Of a stretch of DNA of 64,000 nucleotides, positions 36,401-48,479 are shown one piece after another. Location of the stretch: positions 127,286,001 to 127,350,000 of the forward strand of contig OZ024744.1 in the NCBI GenBank assembly GCA_964016885.1, read 5' to 3'. Positions within the stretch are counted from its first letter, which is position 1. Each line of letters opens with the position of its first letter. The DNA comes from Eledone cirrhosa. Its lineage: Eukaryota. A model generated the notes under the pieces. It saw only the letters and a list, made by a program, of their open reading frames with translations, did not search any database and was not told the DNA's origin. The translations under genes were made by a program, and so were the position numbers.

Positions 36401-39400
36401 GTTAAGTTGGGGTTAGTTAAGTTGGGGTTAAGTTAAGTTGGGGTTAAGTTAAGTTGGGGTTAAGTTAAGTTGGGGTTAAGTTAAGTTGGGGTTAAGTTAA
36501 GTTGGGGTTAAGTTAAGTTGGGGTTAAATTAAGTTGGGGTTCAGTTAAGTTGGGGTTAAGTTAAGTTGGGGTTAAGTTAAGTTGGGGTTAGTTAAGTTGG
36601 GGTTAAGTTAAGTTGGGGTTAAGTTAAGTTGGGGTTAAGTTAAGTTGGGGTTAAGTTAAGTTGGGGTTAAGTTAAGTTGGCGTTAAGTTAAGTTGGGGTT
36701 AAGTTAAGTTGGGGTTAATTTAAGTTGGGGTTAAGATAAGGTGTGGTTAAGTTAAGTTGGGGGTAAGTTAAGTTGGGTGTAAGTTAAGTTGGGGTTAAGT
36801 TAAGTTGGGGTTCAGTTCAGTTGGGGTTAAGTTAAGTTGGGGTTAAGTTAAGCTGGGGGTAAGTTAAGTTGGGGTTAAGTTAAGTTGGGGTTAAGTTAAG
36901 TTGGGGTTAAGTTAAGTTGGGGTTAAGTTAAGTTGGAGTTAAGTTAAGTTGGGGTTAAGCTAAGTTGGGGTTCAGTTAAGTTGGGGTTAAGTTAATTTGG
37001 GGCTGAGTTAAGTTGGGGTTAAGTTAAGTTCGGGTTGAGTTAAGTTGGGGTTAAGTTAAGTTGGGGTTAAGTTAAGTTGGGGTTAAGTTAAGTTGGGGTT
37101 AAGATAAGTTGGGGTTAAGTTAAGTTGGGGTTAATTTAAGTTGGGGTTGAGGTAATTTGGGTTTAAGTTAAGTTGGGCTTAACTTAAGTTGGGGTTAAGT
37201 TGGGGTTAAGTTAAGTTGGGGTTAAGTTAAGTTGGGGTTAAATTAAGTTGGGTTTAAGTTAAGTTGGGGCTAAGTTAAGTTGGGGCTAAGTTAAGTTGGG
37301 GGCAAGTTAAGTTGGGGTTAATTTAAGTTGGGGTTAAGTTAAGTTGGGGTTATGTTAAGTTGGGGTTAAGTTAAGTTGGGGTTAAGTTAAGTTGGGGGTA
37401 ACTTAAGTTGGGGTTAAGTTAAGTTGGGGTTAAGTTAAGTTGAGGGTAAGTTAAATTGAGGGTAAGTTAAGTTGAGGTTAAGTTAAGTTGGGGTTAAGTT
37501 AAGTTGGGGGTAAGTTAAGTTGGGGGTAAGTTAAGTTGGGGTTAAGTTAAGTTGGGGTTAAATTAAGTTGAGGTTAAGTTAATTTGGGGTTAAGTTGGGG
37601 TTAAGTTAAGTTGGGGGTAAGATAAGTTGGGGCTAAGTTAAGTTGGGGCTAAGTCAAGTTGGGGTTAAGTCAAGTTGAGGTTAACTTAAGTTGGGGTTAA
37701 GTTAAGTTGGGGTTAAGTTAAGTTGGGGCTAAGTTAAGTTGGGGCTAAGTTAAGTTGGGGCTGAGTTAAGTTGGGGTTAAGTTAAGTTGGGGTTAAGTTA
37801 AGTTAGAGTTAATTTCAGTTGGGGTTATGTTAAGTTGGGGTTAAGTTAAAGTTGGGGTTAAGTTAAGTTGGGGTAAACTTAAGTTAGGGTTAAGTTAAGT
37901 TGGGGTTAAGTTAAGTTGGGCTTAAATTAAGTTGGGGTTAAGTTAAGTTGGGGTTAAGTTAAGTTGGGGTTAAATTAAGTTGGGGTTCAGTTAAGTTGGG
38001 GTTAAATTAAGTTGGGGTTAAGTTGGGGTTAGTTAAGTTGGGGTTAAGTTAAGTTGGGGTTAAGTTAAGTTGTGGTTAAGTTAAGTTGGGGTTAAGTTAA
38101 GTTGGGGTTAAGTTAAGTTGGGGTTAAGTTAAGTTGGGGTTAAATTAAGTTGGGGTTCAGTTAAGTTGGGGTTAAGTTAAGTTGGGGTTAAGTTAAGTTG
38201 GGGTTAGTTAAGTTGGGGTTAAGTTAAGTTGGGGTTAAGTTAAGTTGGGGTTAAGTTAAGTTGGGGTTAAGTTAAGTTGGCGTTAAGTTAAGTTGGGGTT
38301 AAGTTAAGTTGGGGTTAATTTAAGTTGGGGTTAAGATAAGGTGTGGTTAAGTTAAGTTGGGGGTAAGTTAAGTTGGGTGTAAGTTAAGTTGGGGTTAAGT
38401 TAAGTTGGGGTTCAGTTCAGTTGGGGTTAAGTTAAGTTGGGGTTAAGTTAAGCTGGGGGTAAGTTAAGTTGGGGTTGAGTTAAGTTGGGGTTAAGTTAAG
38501 TTGGGATTAAGTTAAGTTGGGGTTAAGTTAAGTTCGGCTTGAGTTAAGTTGGGGTTAAGTTAAGTTGGGGTTAATTTAAGTTGGGGTTAAGTTAAGTTGG
38601 GGTTAAGATAAGTTGGGGTTAAGTTAAGTTGGGGTTAAGTTAAGTTTGGGTTGAGTTAATTTGGGGTTAAGTTAAGTTGGGGTTAACTTAAGTTGGGGTT
38701 AAGTTGGGGTTAAGTTAAGTTGGGGGTAGGTTAAGTTGGGGATAAGTTAAGTTGGGGGTAAGTTAAGTCGGGGTTAAGTTAAGTTGGGGGTAAGTTAAGT
38801 CGGGGTTAAGTTAAGTTGGGGTTAAGTTAAGTTGGGGTTAAGTTAAGTTGGGGGTAAGTTAAGTCGGGGTTAAGTTAAGTTGGGGTTAAGTTAAGTTGGG
38901 TTTAAGTTAAGTTGGGGCTAAGTTAAGTTGGGGCTAAGTTAAGTTGGGGCTGAGTTAAGTTGGGGGTAAGTTAAGTTGGGTGTAATTTAAGTTGGGGTTA
39001 AGTTAAGTTGGGGTTCAGTTCAGTTGGGGTTAAGTTAAGTTGGGGTTAAGTTAAGCTGGGGTTAAGTTAAGTTGGGGTTAAGTTAAGTTGGGGTTAAGTT
39101 AAGTTGGGGTTAAGTTAAGTTGGGGTTGAGTTAAGTTGGGGTTGAGTTAAGTTGGGGTTAAGTTAAGTTGGGGTTAAGTTAAGTTGGGGTTAAGTTAAGT
39201 TGGGGTTAAGTTAAGTTGGGGGTAAGTTAAGTTGGGGGCAAGTTAAGTTGGGGTTAAGTTAAGTTGGGGTTAAGTTAAGTTGGGGTTAAGTTAAGTTAGG
39301 GTTAATTTCAGTTGGGGTTATGTTAAGTTGGCGTTAGGTTAAGTTGGGGTTAAGTTAAAGTTGGGGTTAAGTTAAGTTGGGGTAAAGTTAAGTTAGGGTT

Positions 39401-42400
39401 AAATTAAGTTGGGGTTCAGTTAAGTTGGGGTTAAATTAAGTTGGGGTTAAGTTAAGTTGGGGTTAGTTAAGTTGGGGTTAAGTTAAGTTGGGGTTAAATT
39501 AAGTTGGGGTTAAGTTAAGTTGGGGTTAAGTTAAGTTGGCGTTAAGTTAAGTTGGGGTTAAGTTAAGTTGGGGTTAAGTTAAGTTGGGGTTAAGTTAAGT
39601 TGGGGTTAAGTTAAGTTGGGGTTAAGTTAAGTTGGGGTTAAGTTAAGTTGGGGTTAAGTCAAGTTGGGGTTAAATCAAGTTGGGGTTAAGTTAAGTTGGG
39701 GTTAAGTTAAGTTGGGGTTAAGTTAAGTTGGGGTTAAGTTAAGTTGGGGGTAAGTTAAGTTGGGTGTAAGTTAAGTTGGGGTTAAGTTAAGTTGGGGTTC
39801 AGTTCAGTTGGGGTTAAGTTAAGTTGGGGTTAAGTTAAGCTGGGGGTAAGTTAAGCTGGGGGTAAGTTAAGTTGGGGTTAAGTTAAGTTGGGGTTAAGTT
39901 AAGTTGGGGTTAAGTTAAGTTGGGGTTAAGTTAAGTTGGAGTTAAGTTAAGTTGGGGTTAAGCTAAGTTGGGGTTCAGTTAAGTTGGGGTTAAGTTAATT
40001 TGGGGCTGAGTTAAGTTGGGGTTAAGTTAAGTTCGGGTTGAGTTAAGTTGGGGGTAAGTTAAGTTGGGGTTAAGTTAAGTTGGGGTTAAGTTAAGTTGGG
40101 GTTAAGATAAGTTGGGGTTAAGTTAAGTTGGGGTTAATTTAAGTTGGGGTTGAGTTAATTTGGGTTTAAGTTAAGTTGGGCTTAACTTAAGTTGGGGTTA
40201 AGTTAAGTTGGGGTTAAGTTAAGTTGGGGGTAAGTTAAGTTGGGGGCAAGTTAAGTTGGGGTTAATTTAAGTTGGGGTTAAGTTAAGTTGGGGTTATGTT
40301 AAGTTGGGGTTAAGTTAAGTTGGGGTTAAGTTAAGTTGGGGGTAACTTAAGTTGGGGTTAAGTTAAGTTGGGGTTAAGTTAAGTTGAGGGTAAGTTAAGT
40401 TGAGGGTAAGTTAAGTTGAGGTTAAGTTAAGTTGGGGTTAAGTTAAGTTGGGGGTAAGTTAAGTTGGGGGTAAGTTAAGTTGGGGTTAAGTTAAGTTGGG
40501 GTTAAATTAAGTTGAGGTTAAGTTAATTTGGGGTTAAGTTGGGGTTAAGTTAAGTTGGGGGTAAGATAAGTTGGGGCTAAGTTAAGTTGGGGCTAAGTCA
40601 AGTTGGGGTTAAGTCAAGTTGAGGTTAACTTAAGTTGGGGTTAAGTTAAGTTGGGGTTAAGTTAAGTTGGGGCTAAGTTAAGTTGGGGCTAAGTTAAGTT
40701 GGGGCTGAGTTAAGTTGGGGTTAAGTTAAGTTGGGGTTAAGTTAAGTTAGAGTTAATTTCAGTTGGGGTTATGTTAAGTTGGGGTTAAGTTAAAGTTGGG
40801 GTTAAGTTAAGTTGGGGTAAACTTAAGTTAGGGTTAAGTTAAGTTGGGGTTAAGTTAAGTTGGGCTTAAATTAAGTTGGGGTTAAGTTAAGTTGGGGTTA
40901 AGTTAAGTTGGGGTTAAATTAAGTTGGGGTTCAGTTAAGTTGGGGTTAAATTAAGTTGGGGTTAAGTTGGGGTTAGTTAAGTTGGGGTTAAATTAAGTTG
41001 GGGTTCAGTTAAGTTGGGGTTAAATTAAGTTGGGGTTAAGTTGGGGTTAAGTTAAGTTGGGGTTAAGTTAAGTTGGGGTTAAGTTAAGTTGGGGTTAAGT
41101 TAAGTTGGGGTTAAATTAAGTTGGGGTTCAGTTAAGTTGGGGTTAAGTTAAGTTGGGGTTAAGTTAAGTTGGGGTTAGTTAAGTTGGGGTTAAGTTAAGT
41201 TGGGGTTAAGTTAAGTTGGGGTTAAGTTAAGTTGGGGTTAAGTTAAGTTGGCGTTAAGTTAAGTTGGGGTTAAGTTAAGTTGGGGTTAATTTAAGTTGGG
41301 GTTAAGATAAGGTGTGGTTAAGTTAAGTTGGGGGTAAGTTAAGTTGGGTGTAAGTTAAGTTGGGGTTAAGTTAAGTTGGGGTTCAGTTCAGTTGGGGTTA
41401 AGTTAAGTTGGGGTTAAGTTAAGCTGGGGGTAAGTTAAGTTGGGGTTAAGTTAAGTTGGGGTTAAGTTAAGTTGGGGTTAAGTTAAGTTGGGGTTAAATT
41501 AAGTTGGGGTTCAGTTAAGTTGGGGTTAAATTAAGTTGGGGTTAAGTTAAGTTGGGGTTAAGTTAATTTGGGGTTAAGTTAAGTTGGGGTTAAGTTAAGT
41601 TGGGGTTAAGTTAAGTTGGGGTTAAGTTAAGTTGGGGTTAAGTTAAGTTGGGGTTAAATTAAGTTGGGGTTCAGTTAAGTTGGGGTTAAGTTAAGTTGGG
41701 GTTAAGTTAAGTTGGGGTTAGTTAAGTTGGGGTTAAGTTAAGTTGGGGTTAAGTTAAGTTGGGGTTAAGTTAAGTTGGGGTTAAGTTAAGTTGGCGTTAA
41801 GTTAAGTTGGGGTTAAGTTAAGTTGGGGTTAATTTAAGTTGGGGTTAAGATAAGGTGTGGTTAAGTTAAGTTGGGGGTGTAAGTTAAGTTGGGGTTAAGT
41901 TAAGTTGGGGTTCAGTTCAGTTGGGGTTAAGTTAAGTTGGGGTTAAGTTAAGCTGGGGGTAAGTTAAGTTGGGGTTAAGTTAAGTTGGGGTTAAGTTAAG
42001 TTGGGGTTAAGTTAAGTTGGGGTTAAGTTAAGTTGGAGTTAAGTTAAGTTGGAGTTAAGTTGAGTTGGGGTTAAGCTAAGTTGGGGTTAAGTTAAGTTGG
42101 GGTTAAGTTAAGTTGGGGTTAAGATAAGTTGGGGTTAAGTTAAGTTGGGGTTAATTTAAGTTGGGGTTGAGGTAATTTGGGTTTAAGTTAAGTTGGGCTT
42201 AACTTAAGTTGGGGTTAAGTTGGGGTTAAGTTAAGTTGGGGTTAAGTTAAGTTGGGGGTAAGTTAAGTTGGGGGCAAGTTAAGTTGGGGTTAATTTAAGT
42301 TGGGGTTAAGTTAAGTTGGGGTTATGTTAAGTTGGGGTTATGTTAAGTTGGGGTTAAGTTAAGTTGGGGTTAAGTTAAGTTGGGGGTAAGTTAAGTTGAT

Positions 42401-45400
42401 GGTAAGTTAAGTTGGGGTTAAGTTAAGTTGGGGTTAAGTTAAGTTGGGGGTAAGATAAGTTGGGGCTAAGTTAAGTTGGGCTTAACTTAAGTTGGGGTTA
42501 AGTTGGGGTTAATTTAAGTTGGGGTTAAGGTAAGTTGGGGTTAAGTTAAGTTGGGGCTAAGTTAAGTTGGGGCTAAGTTAAGTTGGGGCTGAGTTAAGTT
42601 GGGGTTAAGTTGGGGTTGAGTTAAGTTGGGGTTAAGTTAAGTTGGGGTTAACTTAAGTTGGGGTTAAGTTAAGATGGGGTTAAGTTAAGATGGGGTTAAG
42701 TTAAGTTGGGGGTAAGTTAAGTTGGGGGTAAGTTAAGTTGGCGTTAAGTTAAGTTGGGCTTAAGTTAAGTTGGGTTTAAGTTAAGTTGGGGCTAAGTTAA
42801 GTTGGGGCTAAGTTAAGTTGGGGCTGAGTTAGTTTGGGGTTGAGTTAAGTTGGGGTTAACTTAAGTTGGGGTTAAGTTGGGGTTAAGTTAAGTTGGGGGT
42901 TAGTTAAGTTGGGGGCAAGTTAAGTTGGGGTTAATTTAAGTTGGGGTTAAGTTAAGTTGGGGTTCAATTAAGTTGGGGGTAAGTTAAGTTGGGGGTAAGT
43001 TAAGTTGGGGTTAAGTTAAGTTGGGGTTCAATTAAGTTGGGGGTAAGTTAAGTTGGGGGCAAGTTAAGTTGGGGTTAATTTAAGTTGGGGTTAAGTTAAG
43101 TTGGGGTTATGTTAAGTTGGGGTTAAGTTAAGTTGGGGTTAAGTTAAGTTGGGGGTAAGTTAACTGGGGTTAAGTTAAGTTGGGGGTAAGTTAAGTTGAG
43201 GCTAAGTTAAGTTGGGGTTAAGTTAAGTTGGGGTTCAATTAAGTTGGGGGTAAGTTAAGTTGGGGGTAAGTTAAGTTGGGGTTAAGTTAAGTTGGGGTTA
43301 AATTAAGTTGAGGTTAAGTTAAGTTGGGGTTAAGTTAAGTTGGGGTTAAGTTAAGTTGGGGTTAAGATAAGTTGGGGCTAAGTTCAGTTGGGGCTAAGTC
43401 AAGTTGAGGTTAACTTAAGTTGGGGTTAAGTTAAGTTGGGGTTAAGTTAAGTTGGGGTTAATTTAAGTTGGGGTTATGTTAAGTTGGGGCTAAGTTAAGT
43501 TGGGGCTAAGTTAAGTTGGGGTTAAGTTAAGTTGGGGGTAAGTTAAGTTGGGTGTAAGTTAAGTTGGGGTTAAGTTAAGTTGGGGTTAAGTTAAGTTGGG
43601 GTTAAGTTAAGTTGGGGGTAAGTTAAGTTGGGGGCAAGTTAAGTTGGGGTTAATTTAAGTTGGGGTTAAGTTAAGTTGGGGTTATGTTAAGTTAGGGTTA
43701 AGTTAAGTTGGGGTTAAGTTAAGTTGGGGGTAACTTAAGTTGGGGTTAAGTTAAGTTGGGGTTAAGTTAAGTTGAGGGTAAGTTAAGTTGAGGGTAAGTT
43801 AAGTTGAGGTTAAGTTAAGTTGGGGTTAAGTTAAGTTGGGGGTAAGTTAAGTTGGGGGTAAGTTAAGTTGGGGTTAAGTTAAGTTGGGGTTAAATTAAGT
43901 TGAGGTTAAGTTAATTTGGGGTTAAGTTGGGGTTAAGTTAAGTTGGGGGTAAGATAAGTTGGGGCTAAGTTAAGTTGGGGCTAAGTCAAGTTGGGGTTAA
44001 GTCAAGTTGAGGTTAACTTAAGTTGGGGTTAAGTTAAGTTGGGGTTAAGTTAAGTTGGGGCTAAGTTAAGTTGGGGCTAAGTTAAGTTGGGGCTGAGTTA
44101 AGTTGGGGTTAAGTTAAGTTGGGGTTAAGTTAAGTTAGGGTTAATTTCAGTTGGGGTTATGTTAAGTTGGGGTTAAGTTAAAGTTGAGGTTAAGTTAAGT
44201 TGGGGTAAAGTTAAGTTAGGGTTAAGTTAAGTTGGGGTTAAGTTAAGTTGGGCTTAAATTAAGTTGGGGTTAAGTTAAGTTGGGGTTAAGTTAAGTTGGG
44301 GTTAAATTAAGTTGGGGTTCAGTTAAGTTGGGGTTAAATTAAGTTGGGGTTAAGTTAAGTTGGGGTTAGTTAAGTTGGGGTTAAGTTAAGTTGGGGTTAA
44401 GTTAAGTTGGGGTTAAGTTAAGTTGGGGTTAAGTTAAGTTGGGGTTAAGTTAAGTTGGGGTTAAGTTAAGTTGGGGTTAAATTAAGTTGGGGTTCAGTTA
44501 AGTTGGGGTTAAGTTAAGTTGGGGTTAAGTTAAGTTGGGGTTAGTTAAGTTGGGGTTAAGTTAAGTTGGGGTTAAGTTAAGTTGGGGTTAAGTTAAGTTG
44601 GGGTTAAGTTAAGTTGGGGTTAAGTTAAGTTGGCGTTAAGTTAAGTTGGGGTTAATTTAAGTTGGGGTTAAGATAAGGTGTGGTTAAGTTAAGTTGGGGG
44701 TAAGTTAAGTTGGGTGTAAGTTAAGTTGGGGTTAAGTTAAGTTGGGGTTCAGTTCAGTTGGGGTTAAGTTAAGTTGGGGTTAAGTTAAGCTGGGGGTAAG
44801 TTAAGTTGGGGTTAAGTTAAGTTGGGGTTAAGTTAAGTTGGGGTTAAGTTAAGTTGGGGTTAAGTTAAGTTGGAGTTAAGTTAAGTTGGGGTTAAGCTAA
44901 GTTGGGGTTCAGTTAAGTTGGGGTTAAGTTAATTTGGGGCTGAGTTAAGTTGGGGTTAAGTTAAGTTCGGGTTGAGTTAAGTTGGGGTTAAGTTAAGTTG
45001 GGGTTAAGTTAAGTTGGGGTTAAGTTAAGTTGGGGTTAAGATAAGTTGGGGTTAAGTTAAGTTGGGGTTAATTTAAGTTGGGGTTGAGGTAATTTGGGTT
45101 TAAGTTAAGTTGGGCTTAACTTAAGTTGGGGTTAAGTTGGGGTTAAGTTAAGTTGGGGTTAAGTTAAGTTGGGGTTAAATTAAGTTGGGTTTAAGTTAAG
45201 TTGGGGCTAAGTTAAGTTGGGGCTAAGTTAAGTTGGGGCTGAGTTAAGTTGGGGTTAACTTAAGTTGGGGTTAAGTTGGGGTTAAGTTAAGTTGGGGTTA
45301 AATTAAGTTGGGGGTTAGTTAAGTTGGGGCAAGTTAAGTTGGGGTTAATTTAAGTTGGGGTTAAGTTAAGTTGGGGTTAAATTAAGTTGGGGTTAAGTTA

Positions 45401-48390
45401 AGTTGGGGTTGAGGTAAGTTGGGGTTATGTTAAGTTGGGGCTAAGTTAAGTTGGGGCTAAGTTAAGTTGGGGCTGAGTTAAGTTGGGGTTAAGTTAAGTT
45501 GGGGTTGAGTTAAGTTGGGGTTAAGTTAAGTTGGGATTAAGTTAAGTTGGGGTTAAGTTAAGTTCGGCTTGAGTTAAGTTGGGGTTAAGTTAAGTTGGGG
45601 TTAATTTAAGTTGGGGTTAAGTTAAGTTGGGGTTAAGATAAGTTGGGGTTAAGTTAAGTTGGGGTTAAGTTAAGGTTGGGTTGAGTTAATTTGGGGTTAA
45701 GTTAAGTTGGGGTTAACTTAAGTTGGGGTTAAGTTGGGGTTAAGTTAAGTTGGGGGTAGGTTAAGTTGGGGATAAGTTAAGTCGGGGGTAAGTTAAGTCG
45801 GGGTTAAGTTAAGTTGGGGTTAAGTTAAGTTGGGGGTAAGTTAAGTCGGGGTTAAGTTAAGTTGGGGTTAAGTTAAGTTGGGTTTAAGTTAAGTTGGGGC
45901 TAAGTTAAGTTGGGGCTAAGTTAAGTTGGGGCTGAGTTAAGTTGGGGGTAAGTTAAGTTGGGTGTAAGTTAAGTTGGGGTTAAGTTAAGTTGGGGTTCAG
46001 TTCAGTTGGGGTTAAGTTAAGTTGGGGTTAAGTTAAGCTGGGGTTAAGTTAAGTTGGGGTTAAGTTAAGTTGGGGTTAAGTTAAGTTGGGGTTAAGTTAA
46101 GTTGGGGTTGAGTTAAGTTGGGGTTGAGTTAAGTTGGGGTTAAGTTAAGTTGGGGTTAAGTTAAGTTGGGGTTAAGTTAAGTTGGGGTTAAGTTAAGTTG
46201 GGGGTAAGTTAAGTTGGGGGCAAGTTAAGTTGGGGTTAAGTTAAGTTGGGGTTAAGTTAAGTTGGGGTTAAGTTAAGTTAGGGTTAATTTCAGTTGGGGT
46301 TATGTTAAGTTGGCGTTAGGTTAAGTTGGGGTTAAGTTAAAGTTGGGGTTAAGTTAAGTTGGGGTAAAGTTAAGTTAGGGTTAAATTAAGTTGGGGTTCA
46401 GTTAAGTTGGGGTTAAATTAAGTTGGGGTTAAGTTAAGTTGGGGTTAGTTAAGTTGGGGTTAAGTTAAGTTGGGGTTAAATTAAGTTGGGGTTAAGTTAA
46501 GTTGGGGTTAAGTTAAGTTGGGGTTAAGTTAAGTTGGCGTTAAGTTAAGTTGGGGTTAAGTTAAGTTGGGATTAAGTTAAGTTGGGGTTAAGTTAAGTTG
46601 GGGTTAAGTTAAGTTGGGGTTAAGTTAAGTTGGGGTTAAGTCAAGTTGGGGTTAAGTCAAGTTGGGGTTAAGTTAAGTTGGGGTTAAGTTAAGTTGGGGT
46701 TAAGTTAAGTTGGGGTTAAGTTAAGTTGGGGGTAAGTTAAGTTGGGTGTAAGTTAAGTTGGGGTTAAGTTAAGTTGGGGTTCAGTTCAGTTGGGGTTAAG
46801 TTAAGTTGGGGTTAAGTTAAGCTGGGGGTAAGTTAAGCTGGGGGTAAGTTAAGTTGGGGTTAAGTTAAGTTGGGGTTAAGTTAAGTTGGGGTTAAGTTAA
46901 GTTGGGGTTAAGTTAAGTTGGAGTTAAGTTAAGTTGGGGTTAAGCTAAGTTGGGGTTCAGTTAAGTTGGGGTTAAGTTAATTTGGGGCTGAGTTAAGTTG
47001 GGGTTAAGTTAAGTTCGGGTTGAGTTAAGTTGGGGGTAAGTTAAGTTGGGGTTAAGTTAAGTTGGGGTTAAGTTAAGTTGGGGTTAAGATAAGTTGGGGT
47101 TAAGTTAAGTTGGGGTTAATTTAAGTTGGGGTTGAGTTAATTTGGGTTTAAGTTAAGTTGGGCTTAACTTAAGTTGGGGTTAAGTTAAGTTGGGGTTAAG
47201 TTAAGTTGGGGGTAAATTAAGTTGGGGGCAAGTTAAGTTGGGGTTAATTTAAGTTGGGGTTAAGTTAAGTTGGGGTTATGTTAAGTTGGGGTTAAGTTAA
47301 GTTGGGGTTAAGTTAAGTTGGGGGTAACTTAAGTTGGGGTTAAGTTAAGTTGGGGTTAAGTTAAGTTGAGGGTAAGTTAAGTTGAGGGTAAGTTAAGTTG
47401 AGGTTAAGTTAAGTTGGGGTTAAGTTAAGTTGGGGGTAAGTTAAGTTGGGGGTAAGTTAAGTTGGGGTTAAGTTAAGTTGGGGTTAAATTAAGTTGAGGT
47501 TAAGTTAATTTGGGGTTAAGTTGGGGTTAAGTTAAGTTGGGGGTAAGATAAGTTGGGGCTAAGTTAAGTTGGGGCTAAGTCAAGTTGGGGTTAAGTCAAG
47601 TTGAGGTTAACTTAAGTTGGGGTTAAGTTAAGTTGGGGTTAAGTTAAGTTGGGGCTAAGTTAAGTTGGGGCTAAGTTAAGTTGGGGCTGAGTTAAGTTGG
47701 GGTTAAGTTAAGTTGGGGTTAAGTTAAGTTAGAGTTAATTTCAGTTGGGGTTATGTTAAGTTGGGGTTAAGTTAAAGTTGGGGTTAAGTTAAGTTGGGGT
47801 AAACTTAAGTTAGGGTTAAGTTAAGTTGGGGTTAAGTTAAGTTGGGCTTAAATTAAGTTGGGGTTAAGTTAAGTTGGGGTTAAGTTAAGTTGGGGTTAAA
47901 TTAAGTTGGGGTTCAGTTAAGTTGGGGTTAAATTAAGTTGGGGTTAAGTTGGGGTTAGTTAAGTTGGGGTTAAGTTAAGTTGGGGTTAAGTTAAGTTGTG
48001 GTTAAGTTAAGTTGGGGTTAAGTTAAGTTGGGGTTAAGTTAAGTTGGGGTTAAGTTAAGTTGGGGTTAAATTAAGTTGGGGTTCAGTTAAGTTGGGGTTA
48101 AGTTAAGTTGGGGTTAAGTTAAGTTGGGGTTAGTTAAGTTGGGGTTAAGTTAAGTTGGGGTTAAGTTAAGTTGGGGTTAAGTTAAGTTGGGGTTAAGTTA
48201 AGTTGGCGTTAAGTTAAGTTGGGGTTAAGTTAAGTTGGGGTTAATTTAAGTTGGGGTTAAGATAAGGTGTGGTTAAGTTAAGTTGGGGGTAAGTTAAGTT
48301 GGGTGTAAGTTAAGTTGGGGTTAAGTTAAGTTGGGGTTCAGTTCAGTTGGGGTTAAGTTAAGTTGGGGTTAAGTTAAGCTGGGGGTAAGT
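20505..48390 (+). repeat. 9,974-bp tandem duplication (~20505-30480; second copy from ~30481, expanded by the nested 7,985-bp duplication and ending ~48390)
   Basis: GGGATTAAG 20547/30521, private GTGTAATTTAAG 21027/31001, TTAGAG 22788/32762, GATAAGGTGTGG 23347/33321 and 23890/33864, all at offset 9,974. Distal markers match at offsets 17,959 or 17,911 (27716/45675, 29818/47729, 30088/47999). Confidence 0.88.
29306..45230 (+). repeat. 7,985-bp near-identical tandem duplication (~29306-37290 matches ~37291-45230)
   Basis: Markers at a constant offset of 7,985: 29470/37455, 29818/37803, 30088/38073, 30350/38335, 31689/39674, 32762/40747, 33321/41306, 33864/41849. The offset becomes 7,937 after 32-bp and 16-bp deletions (36735/44672). 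Confidence 0.92.
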
Positions 48391-48479
48391 TAAGTTGGGG
48401 TTAAGTTAAGTTGGGGTTAAGTTAAGTTGGGGTTAAGTTAAGTTGGGGTTAAATTAAGTTGGGGTTCAGTTAAGTTGGG

